A stretch of 64,000 nucleotides of DNA from the human T2T-CHM13v2.0 reference genome, Homo sapiens: assembly GCF_009914755.1 (NCBI RefSeq), contig NC_060940.1, one strand, 5' to 3'. The notes below the pieces were generated by a model that saw only the letters and a list, made by a program, of their open reading frames with translations, ran no database searches and was not told the DNA's origin. The position numbers were made by a program, and so were the translations under genes. Position 1 is the stretch's first letter, and each line of letters starts with the position of its first letter. This document shows, one piece after another, positions 51,756 to 64,000 of the stretch.

Positions 51756-53562
51756 GTGCCTAGGGTCCGAGCACTCACCTGCTCTGTGCTTTGGGTTTGT
51801 TTGTTTTTTGTTTTTTTTTTTGCTAATGGCAGTCCTCAGAGCCTCCGGAAGGGAAGGCATCAGGAAGGCTTGAGTTACAGGTGGTGGACCCTCAGAGCCA
51901 GCCTGCTCCAGAGCCCGGGCTCCCAGGCAGGAGCTGGGTAGCGCTGGGGTCCATGGATGTAGTTGAGCGAGTGGGGTTACGCCATCTTCCTCCAGCTCCA
52001 GCCAGAGACTCCCGAGAGCGGTCTGAAGCCCACATGGGTGGCCCCGGGCAGCAGGGTCTCCAGGCTGGCACGCAGGCTCCTGCGGTTCTGGGTACTCTGA
52101 CGTTTCTCAGTGTTTATTCACAAGTCTCTCTGAGGGGCGGCAGGCTGTCTCTCGTCCCCTATGGCAGGAGGCTGTTTGGGAGTCGCATGTGCGGCATCTC
52201 TGGCAGGTGCACGGGAGCCGAGACTCCAGCAGACCAGGGTGGGGGCCGGAAGGGAGCTGCTCTCGCCTGACACCCCTCGTGGGCACCCGAGACAGGGAGG
52301 CACAGCATGGTGGCCGGGACGTCGTCACCACTGTGGGCTGGAACTGCAGCGTGCTCTGTGTGACACAGGCTGACTCAGGTTTTTCTTTTAAGGCAGGGCT
52401 TAAAGGAAGTTTTACTGTGACCAAAGTTCTGTGATTGAGGGGGTGTGGAGAAAACAAAAAGCCTGGCCAAGATGGTGAAACCCCGTCTCTACTAAAAATA
52501 CAAAAACTAGCCGGGTGTGGTGGCAGGCGCCTGTAGTCCCAGCTACTCGGGAGGCTGAGGCAGGAGAATTGAACCCAGGAGGTGGAGGCTGCAGTGAGCT
52601 GAGATTGCGCCACTGTGCTCCATCCAGCCTGGGGGTCAGAGCAAGACTCCATCTCAAAAGCAAGCAAAAAACCCCCAAAAACCCACGAAGCCCCCAAAAC
52701 AAACCACAGCTAATCCGAACCCAGAAAAATAGACTGGAACCTTCTGGCTTCTCCACACCCCCACCCCAAGCCCGTAAATGAGGTGGACAACCCTGCCTTT
52801 GCTCAGGCTCAGCCCTGAAGGGAACAGGAGGGAATCCACAAAAGTTCTGTTCACAGATCGAAGACAGGAGAGGGGGCATGGCCCCACGCCTACCCCCAAC
52901 CCCACGCAGGGGCCCAGCTGGCGAGGGAGCTCACAGCAGCCTTTGGGGGAATGAAGCCACTGCCCCCGCCACTGGCTCAGCCTGGCAGGGCTCAGGGACC
53001 CTCCCAGGTCGGGCTCCTCCGCAGGGGACCCAGTGACCAGGACCCTGTTGATTCTGATGCACGGGCAGTGTCTGCTCTTCTGTGGGGGTTGTTTCTGTAG
53101 CTGCCACTCCCTCCCCAGCACCCAGGTACAGGGGACAGACAGCTCAGAAGGAAAAGGGTGAGGCGCCTCCATCAGCTCACCCTCCTGTCACGCCGGGGGC
53201 CAACAGTCTCCTGGAGCCACACTGGCTGGAGGGTCCTGGCAGGCATCCTCTGTGCCAAGACCCTCTGAGCAGAGGCCTCGCATCTCCATGCTTGCCTGAG
53301 CTGCCTTCCAGCCAGGACAGGGCTCTCAAAGCGCGGACCCTCACCAGCTGCAGCTGCCAGGGAACTGTGGGCAGGGGCACAAGCCAGCCAGCCACAAGCT
53401 GAAGCTCAGGGGCGTGCACAGCTGGCCACGGGGTCTGGCCACGGCTGCAGTGCTCAGATCCGTGGGGAGTGATGCTCCTGTTTCTCTCCAGCTCCTACAA
53501 GAGGCAGTAATTCCACAGCATTCCCGGTCTGTGCAAAGGCAGAGGACGAGGGGAACAGATAA

Positions 53563-53766
<204 letters not shown>

Positions 53767-53949
53767 TAGTAGAGAGGGGATTTTGCCATGTTGGGCAGGC
53801 TGGTCTCAGACTCCCGCCTCGGCCTCCCACAGTGCTGGGATTACAGGCGTGAGCCACCACGTCTGTCCTGGGAGTAAGAAGGTCGTCGAGAGGGGCGACA
53901 CTGTCTCAGTCCCACACACAGCCCCTCTCCTGGAGGGACGCACTGTACA

Positions 53950-54804
53950 AAGAGCATTTTAATTAATTTATTTATTTCTTTACACATAACTGAAAGTGAT
54001 GTTACAGTACATAAGTTATTTACAACTGTGCAGTAATGTGTTGCAAAATAAATTATCTAGAAGGCAGCAAAAGTACATTGTGAAGGTATATAAAACTGTA
54101 CAGCGTTTACGGATACACTTTTTATATGATTATTGGCTCTGTAGTGTTTCAAGTTACGTTCTCAGAAAGAGAAACAAAATGCCCAAGATTAAAGGAAAGA
54201 AGATACAAACCACGCGGATTTGACTCCATTTCAATACGGCTGGGAGTCCTGGCTCTGTGTCCCTCCGCCTGGCTCCGCACCAGGTCTGAAGCCCAGTCTG
54301 AGGCCGACGCAGCTCGGCGGCAACAGAACCACGGCTGGGATGGGGCTCCTGCCCCTCCGACCTGCAGGTCACTGTTTGTGAGAGGTGGACACCTTAATTT
54401 TCTTTAGTTGATCAGAATGGAACAAAAAATTTTAAAAATGTACTCCGTTCTCCAACTCCTGAAATGCCTCTGCAGTTGCTGGAGAAAAGGGCCCGAAGGT
54501 CGCCGTTTTCAAACAGAAGCTGCCGTGTGTGCGCGCCCGGCATGGTCTCCTCATCCCGCCGGGGCCAGTGAGGCTCTGGGGGCTTTGCCCCCGCCGCGGC
54601 AGCTGGTAGAGAAGAGACGTGTTTCACCTCCCCGACGTCTGGACCAGTCTGGAAGGGATGGAGGCGCTGTGGCCAAGTGCAGTCTCTCTCGGGGTCTCTC
54701 CCCGCCCGGGTGGACAGGGCGCTCCCTCCTCCGCCCCTGGGGCTCAGCAGCAGTCCTGGGCAGCCGTGCGGCCCTCGCCTGCGTCCTGCGGCCGTCCCGC
54801 GGTG
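53950..54804 (-). other. ANKRD11: ANKRD11 3' UTR
   Basis: Repeat-free sequence between the stop codon and the poly(A) signal; GC-rich proximally, AU-rich distally. Confidence 0.85.
53967..53976 (-). terminator. ANKRD11 polyadenylation signal (two overlapping AATAAA)
   Basis: + strand TTTATTTATT = AATAAATAAA on -, with upstream UGUA elements. Confidence 0.85.
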
Positions 54805-55056
<252 letters not shown>

Positions 55057-55426
55057 TCAGCTGCCAGCAGGGCCAAGGGCGTGATACGGCCGTGAACCTA
55101 CCCTGGTATGGGCCAGGCCCAGCTGTACCCGCTCCTGGCATCTAGTTACTACACGTGGCGGTAGCGCCAGCTGTGCTACATGTCTGTCCCCATAACCGCT
55201 GTCTATGCCACCTCTACCCTGGCCTGGGGCTCACCCTGGCCCGGGGGCCCTGCCCTGCTCTGGGTGGGCCTGGGACTCACCTCCAGCAGCCACGGCAGCT
55301 TATTAGAATCGAACAGCTTTGCTTTTGTCATTTTACAATTACTTACGGCCAGTGATAGTTTCACTTGTATTTCTAGTAGAAACTATGCCATTTAAAAGTG
55401 CACATAAGGGGACTGGACTGGGGTAG

Positions 55427-55642
<216 letters not shown>

Positions 55643-55945
55643 TGATTTTTGTAGAGATGGGGTTTTGCGATGTTGGCGAGCTGCAGTGTGATCATGTCTG
55701 TCTCTAAATTTTTCTCAACATATATATATGTATGAAGTCGTTTTCGAAGCTCAGGATGGATTCACAATCCTCCTCAATGGGCCTCATAGCTTTTACTCGG
55801 CAGCTCAGACATCACCAGTGTAAATTGTTACATGGAATCATATAATACCCTTTGGATGTTCCAAACTCCGGTGAGTCACTGAATTACTGATGGGCCTCTG
55901 AGTTTCCAGTTTTGTTCCAGTGAATATTTTTATACATATCCCTAA

Positions 55946-56155
<210 letters not shown>

Positions 56156-57007
56156 TGAACCACCCACCTCAGCCTCCCGAAGTGCTGGGATTACAGGTGT
56201 GAGCAACCGCACCCCGCCCAAAGTCCCATTTTAATGTAGTCAAACATTTATCTTCTTATAGGAAAGTCTTCCATGTGTCTTTATGAAGCTTTCAGTTTTT
56301 TCTCACGGCTCTGGTTAGGAAGGGCCTAGTGGCCTGGGGAGGGTGTGGTGTGAGTGACTTCCTGCACCATCATCTTAGGGCTGGCCAGAAATGCACACTC
56401 AGCTACGCCTCAGACCTGAGTTCCTCAGCACAAGCCCCCAGGGGCCACGCTCCCCAAATACCCACAGCTCCCACCGGGTAGGGCTGGTGGTTCTCATCTG
56501 TGCCCACATCAGCACCTTTCTGAGAGCTGCAGTATGACACACGGGTGCTTGGTTCAGGGACCTGGGTGGTGCTGAGCCTGATACTGCAGGTAGCCGGGGC
56601 CGCCTGCTCCCAGGCCTGGCTGGTGACTGTACAGGGTGACGCTGACTGTAAAGTTCTGTAACTTGGCAAGTTTCCGCCTTCCGTTGCCTCCTGGTGGATC
56701 CTCCAGGGTGTCCCGGTGAGCAGCCCTCGCGACCGGGATAAGGGTGTGCTGCCCTTCCCGGCACCTCCCCCGCCCCTGCCCACCGCCCTGGCCAGCACTT
56801 CCAGAGCAGTGGAGGGTGAATGCTGGGACCTTAGAGGGGGCTCACAGGGCAGTCCCAGGAGTTCTGACCATCAAGCCTAGGGTCCTGTTGAGCTGGCGAC
56901 AGGAGCCGCTCCCTGCACACCGGGACAGAAGGGAAGACTGAGGAGGCCACACGCAGGGACAGGACCTCACCTCCCCGAAAGCATCGGCCAGATTAAGAGA
57001 ATCTGAA

Positions 57008-57254
<247 letters not shown>

Positions 57255-57577
57255 TCATCAGGAGCCCCAGAGACCGCTACGGGAAGGCATGCCAGCCTGG
57301 GCGATGCTGCAGTGACCGTTCTCAAGGGACAACCACAGGGGGAGCCTCATTCCACCGCGCACACACTGAATCATGTTCAAGGCATGGCAGGCGCACCCTG
57401 CCCATCTCCCTAAACAGCCTCCCTAAAATGCGCGTGGAGGCAGCTGGGCCTTTGTCTCCTGGGCACCGGGTGCCCGCAGGCCCCACCTGTGAGCCGGTCC
57501 CCAGCCCTGCCCCCAGGGGACAGTCAGAGCTCAGCCCACTGCCAACTCCTGGGAGAGACTTTTTTTTTTTTTTTTAA

Positions 57578-57769
<192 letters not shown>

Positions 57770-57869
57770 TAGATATGTCACCGTCCTGTGTCCTGAAGGG
57801 TGGACACGGATAAGATGTCCAGGCTCCTCCCCTTTTTCACGGGTTCATGGTGAAGCTGACAATGCCGTC

Positions 57870-59535
57870 TGTTTCTCAGAACATGTGGAGCACCGACAGA
57901 AACCCACACACCTGCAGGGAACTCACTTTCCACAAAGGTGCCAAGAACAGAATAACGATCACAGGGAAAGGACAGTCTCTTCCGTAAACGGTGCTGGGAA
58001 AACTGGCTACGCATCGCAGAAGAGTGAAACGAGACCCTAGCTCTCGCCACATACAAACATCAAACCAAAATGGATCAAAGTCTGGAATCCAAGACCTTAA
58101 ACGATGAAACCACTACAAGAAAACACTGGGGAAAATCTCCAGGACATTGGCCTGGGCAAACATTTCTCAAGCAATACCCCGAAGCACAGGCAACCAAAGC
58201 AAAAATGGACAAATGGGATCACATCAAGTTCAAAAGCTTCTGTCCAGCAAAGGACACAGTCAACAGGGTGAAAAGACACGCACAGAATGGGAGGAAACGC
58301 CTGCAAACCGCTCCTGTCACACAGATTCACAACCAGAACATAGAAGGCATGCAATTAACTCGATATGAAAAAATCTAATAATCCCATCAAAAAAACGGGC
58401 AAAAGATCTGAATAGACGTTTCTCAAAGGAGACACACAAATGGCCAACAGGCATCTGAAGAGGAGCTCAACATCATTGATCGTCAGAGAAATGCAATTCA
58501 AAACTACCGTGAGACATCACTTCACCCCGGTTAAAATAGCCTTTATCCAAAAGACAGACAATCACAATTGCTCGCGAGGATGTGGGGAAAAGGGAACCCT
58601 CGTACCCCGTTGGTGGGAATGTAAATTAAAACAGCCGCTGTGGAGAACAGTTTGGCGTTTCCTCAAAAAACTAAAAATTGAGCTACCATAGGATCCAGCA
58701 ATCCCACTGCCGGGTATAGACCCAAAAGAAAGAAACTGGGGGCCAGGCACGGTGGCTCACGCCTGTAATCCCAGCACTTTGGGAGGCTGAGGCGGGCAGA
58801 TCACCTGAGGTCAAGAGTTTCAGACTAGCCTTGCCAACATGGTGAAACCCCATCTCTACTAAAAATACAAAAATTAGCCAGGTGTGGTGGTGCGCGCCTG
58901 TGATCCCAGCTACCCGGGAGGCAGTGGCTGCAGTGAGCTGAGATCGTGCCACTGCTCTCCAGCCTGGGTGACAGAGGAAGACTCAGAATCACAAAAAGGA
59001 AAAGGAATCAGTATATTGAAACGGTGTCCACACTCCCATATTTAACGCAACCCCATTTACTATAGCTAAGGCTTGTGTCCATCAACAGATGAATGGATAA
59101 AGAATATGTGCTACATACACAACGGAGTACTATTCAGCCACAAAAAAGAATGAGATCCTGTCATTTGCAAACACGTGGATGGAACTGGGGTCATGATGTT
59201 AAGTGAAATAAGCATACAAAGACAAACATCACATGTTCTCTCTCACTTGTGGGATCTAAAAATCAGAACAATTGAGCTCATGGACACAGAGTAGAACGAC
59301 GGTTACCAGAGGCTGGGAAGGGTTGTGGGGGGCTGGCAGGGAGGTAGAAGTGGTTAATGGGTACCAAAAAAAAAAAAAAAAAAAAAGAATGGATAAGACC
59401 TACTATCTATCTCACAGCACAATAGGGTAACTGTAGTCAATAGTAACTGCATTGTGTATTTTAAAATAACATATAAGAGCGTTAGCTGGATTGTTTGTAA
59501 CTCAAGGGCTAAATGCTTGAGGGGATGGACACCCA
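57870..59535 (+). mobile_element. L1MA-type 3' fragment (ORF2 end + 3' UTR) with inserted Alu (58741-58995), antisense to ANKRD11
   Basis: ORF2-like peptides AQATKAKMDKWDHIKFKSFC and [25 protein letters not shown]; L1M-type 3' UTR. Confidence 0.85.
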
Positions 59536-59804
59536 TTGGAGAAATAAAGAGGGAAGTAATGCTTCCTTGGAAGGTGTTAGAGGCACGAGCTGGTCCTCCT
59601 CATTTTTGCTCTGTACAGAGCTGTCCTGACTGCCTGTCCATCACAGCCTCTCACCTGCGGTACAAGAATGCAAACTTATCAGCATCCAGCCCCCAAAGCA
59701 CCATTTGGTCCAACTCATGTTTTCTTTAAAGAAAATCTGTCGGCTGGGTACGGTGGCTCACGCCTGTAACTCCCGCACTTTGGGAGGCTGAGGCGGGTGG
59801 ATCA

Positions 59805-60098
<294 letters not shown>

Positions 60099-61108
60099 TT
60101 AATGCACAAAGAGATGTTTTCAACTAAACATCTGGAAGCCCCTGGCTGTCACCACACAGCAAAGCCTAGTGCACTGCTCAGAGTGCCCAGGGCTGGGGTG
60201 GCGTCAAGGGGGGCACATATTACGAGGGCTCTCGGTGCGAGATCTGGACACCAAGGCAGGAATGTGTTCCAGGCACGTCCCACTGCACAGGATGTGGGGC
60301 CTGGGGTCCAGGGAGCCCACAACCTGAGCGCAGTGGGCTCCGAGGAGGAGGGAGGGGCTGATGCAGGCGAGGCAACGGGAGAGCCAGGGGTCCCACATGG
60401 ACAGGTCAGTGGTGGCTAGAGGATGATTTCTGAGGCAGGAGTCCCTGGCACATGGGCTGCTTGAAGGCAGACAGGAAGAGCTGCCCCAGGGAGAGCCACG
60501 GGGCCCTGGCCGCCCACATCCTATGTCCCAGTGGACAGAGCAGGTCAAAGGCACGGGAGCTGCAGGGGTGGGCGGGAGCCCCACAGCAGATGGGCAGGAC
60601 AGTGACTGTAGTTCTGGAACCCTGAGTCCGGCCCGCCCTGGCCCAGATGAGCGGCACACCTGGGTGCCCGTGTTCCCTTAGCCACCCAGTGTCCCTGCTG
60701 TCCCCGTATGACAGCCCCTGGGGCCTGTGCTGTGAAAGCCCTCGATGTGGCAGCCCTGGGGTGCCTGAGAGCAGCAGGTGGAGCCCAGCAGTTTAAACAG
60801 AAAATAATGCCAGCGCTGACACCCGTGAGAGGTAGGTAGGGGCAGGTGCTCCAACTGCATGGACAAGTGTTACGGAGGGACTGAGCTGCTGAGGCCCAGC
60901 CCAGTGGCCTGAGGGCCTTGCCCGTGCGGGGAGCTGTCTGCTGTCTGCTGCAGCCTTCTTGGCTCCTTTCTGAGGCTCGCCCAAGGCTAGAGGCATGCAA
61001 AGGACTCTGTAGCCCCTGCAAGGTGCTGAGCACCCGGGAAGCTCCTGGTCAAAGTGCAGAATCTATCAAGGGGAGGGGAGGGGGGCAGGGTGCAGGCACT
61101 TGGACTCA

Positions 61109-61336
<228 letters not shown>

Positions 61337-61339
61337 TCA

Positions 61340-61513
<174 letters not shown>

Positions 61514-63097
61514 CTACAGGCAAAAGGTGAGTGTGGGGGGTCAGCTGGGGCTGTGGAACTGCACGAAGGATATAGTCTGGAGTTCACGGGGGTCCCGACT
61601 CAGCCTCCCCACTCCTAGGAGCCTGCCCTGGAGGCCTCCTCCAGTCCCAGCAACAGACACACCAGGAAGCTTCTAGAAACCACTATGTGCTGGACGCGGG
61701 AGAGCGGACACCTCCACGGTGCCCCGTACAGCACCACGCAGTGAGGAGATAGTGCAGGGAGAGGCGCGGGACAGTATCTGTGGGCCATCGTGTGCCAAGG
61801 AGGGCCTGAAACACCGGCATGAGCACCCAACTGTGCAGAGGAGATACAGCGAGACAGCAGGAGGGGGCTGGGGGTAGGCTGAGCTTCCTGTGTTCACAGG
61901 GAGGGCCCATGCACCCCAAATCAGCCTTTCAACCAGGCTGTAACGTGCACAGTGGAATATGAAAGCTGACAACCGAGCCGGTGGTCTTGCAGTGGCTCGG
62001 GGGAGGGAAGCACGCACTGGCCCAGGTCCCCGTGGGGGCTGGGGGACTGTGGGCCGGAAGCGCAGGCACTGCACTCCCACCAGCAGAAGGGTTCTCACAG
62101 AGGTGGGTCGGCCATTCTGAAACTACATGCATGCTGGAAGTGAATGAGGAAGTAAAGACAGCCGAGACCATCAGGATGAGGCCTCACACTCTTGGAGAAA
62201 CAAGGCCCACACAGGAGCGGGGAGCCAGGCTGAGCCCCGCAGTGCAGCAGAGACCTCAGGCCCACAGGGAGTCAGGTTTCCAAAGCAGACCCAGAAAGCA
62301 TGGCCGTGTGCTCGGGGCCACAGCAGTCGTACCAGGGCCACCACTCCCCACAGGTGGACCCACACGGTAATGGCAAGGCGGAGCCGGGTGGCCAAGACCA
62401 GCTGGAACATCGAGGGGCCAGTCAGCAACAGGAGCGCACGGGGCAGATGGGCAGGTGGACGCACAAGAGGGAGACCAGGAAGAGCTCCTGACAGCCAAGG
62501 CTGGGGCGACTCATGGCATGAGACCAACGCTGGCGATGCCGGGCACCTGCAGGCGGAAGGGGTGGCTCCTGACAGCACAGCTCCAGTTAGCGGACACAGG
62601 AGAGGGAGACAGGCCCAGCGCACAGGAGTGACTGCTGCAGACGAGAGCCGTGGACAGCGATGCGCATGGACAATGGGCTGAGAGAAACAGCCTCACGCAG
62701 TCTCCACGTCTCTTCCAAGACACACACACACACCACAGAGGGAGAGACTTCAACTCATGGTGGACGGGCCTGACCAGGCCTCCAGGTCACGTCACCTATG
62801 ACACCAGGAGCAGAAGGCCCCGCCTCACGCCTATAGGCTCCTGCCTAAGAAGCATCATCGCAGGCCAGGCCTGGGGCCTCTGACCACACTGCTGACCGAC
62901 ACTGCCCAGAAGCTCCCAGCCAGGAGACAGGGCACGGGAGGGCCTGCCACAGCGTGGACGCACGGCAGGGTCTCGTCACCTCCACGGCTCCTAAGGCACA
63001 TTCAGGGGAGGCTGGGCGTGCAGCAGGTGCATAAACCTATCTCTGCTGTTTCTGAACTTTTCTGCCCATCTAAAATCAGTTCAAAATTAATGATTTA

Positions 63098-63434
<337 letters not shown>

Positions 63435-64000
63435 TCACTCTGTTCAGCACCACATCCACCCTGCCTCGACGAGCCCAGCCCCCCAGTGAGGGTTCTGCTG
63501 AGATGGGGCCCGTCGGTGGCAGGGATTCTGTGGGCCACCTCCAAGGTGGGACTGATGCGAGCTCAAGCGAATGCACAGCCCAGGACCCGGCACCACCCCT
63601 TCCTCTGGCTCAGCCCCAGGGCCGGCAGCTACAGCAGGAGCTGTGCCTTGGGCCTCAGGCAGCACCTGGCACCTGGGCCTGCCTGGGTCTAGGTCTGGGG
63701 GGTACTCAAAAGACCAGGCGGGAGGTGCACAGAACATTCCCAGGACTACTCAGATTGGCAGGATTCTAGTGACTTTTTTCCCCTGTATTTTCCAAATTTT
63801 CTACAGCAGTCAGACTAGTGTTATGATCCATTAAACGAGAAAACAAAACAACAAAAAGCACAGAAGGTCAGAAGATCAGAAGGTCTTACTGAGGAGAGAT
63901 CCTGGGGCAGGTTTTTCTGAATGTCATGACCCAACTGCCGTCTCTGTCTTCTGTGGATGAGCCTCCCCGGGGACGGCTGGGGTCAGGCTCGCGGGGAAGG

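Overview
Human genomic DNA, recognisable as chromosome 16q24.3. The left part holds the complete KRAB zinc-finger gene ZNF778 on the + strand. It has a CpG-island promoter at ~3.5-4.4 kb, a non-coding exon 1 and six coding exons that splice to 757 aa (729 aa without an 84-nt KRAB-B cassette). The right part holds the last four coding exons and 3' UTR of ANKRD11 on the - strand, converging on ZNF778. The ~35 kb between them is mostly Alu, L1 and LTR relics plus three gene-less CpG-rich patches (~27.5, ~33-35 and ~43.5 kb). About ten minisatellites are present, most of them in and just downstream of ZNF778. I found no CRISPR array, RNA gene or new protein-coding gene; the long ORFs outside the two genes are repeat or GC artefacts. 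I cannot support a wholly new biological system. The most unusual signals are: (1) orphan CpG islands that appear to be old AT-rich L1M relics rewritten to GC/CpG-rich sequence, one beside a GC-box cluster and a strong splice donor; (2) an exact 504-nt, six-finger periodicity in the ZNF778 array, with decayed fingers continuing past the stop codon; (3) an Alu with an 11x amplified 44-bp head at a target site used twice; (4) a ~1-kb VNTR grown out of an LTR octamer motif; (5) a twin-primed inverted L1. Repeat subfamily names are by-eye recognition from memory, and repeat boundaries are approximate.
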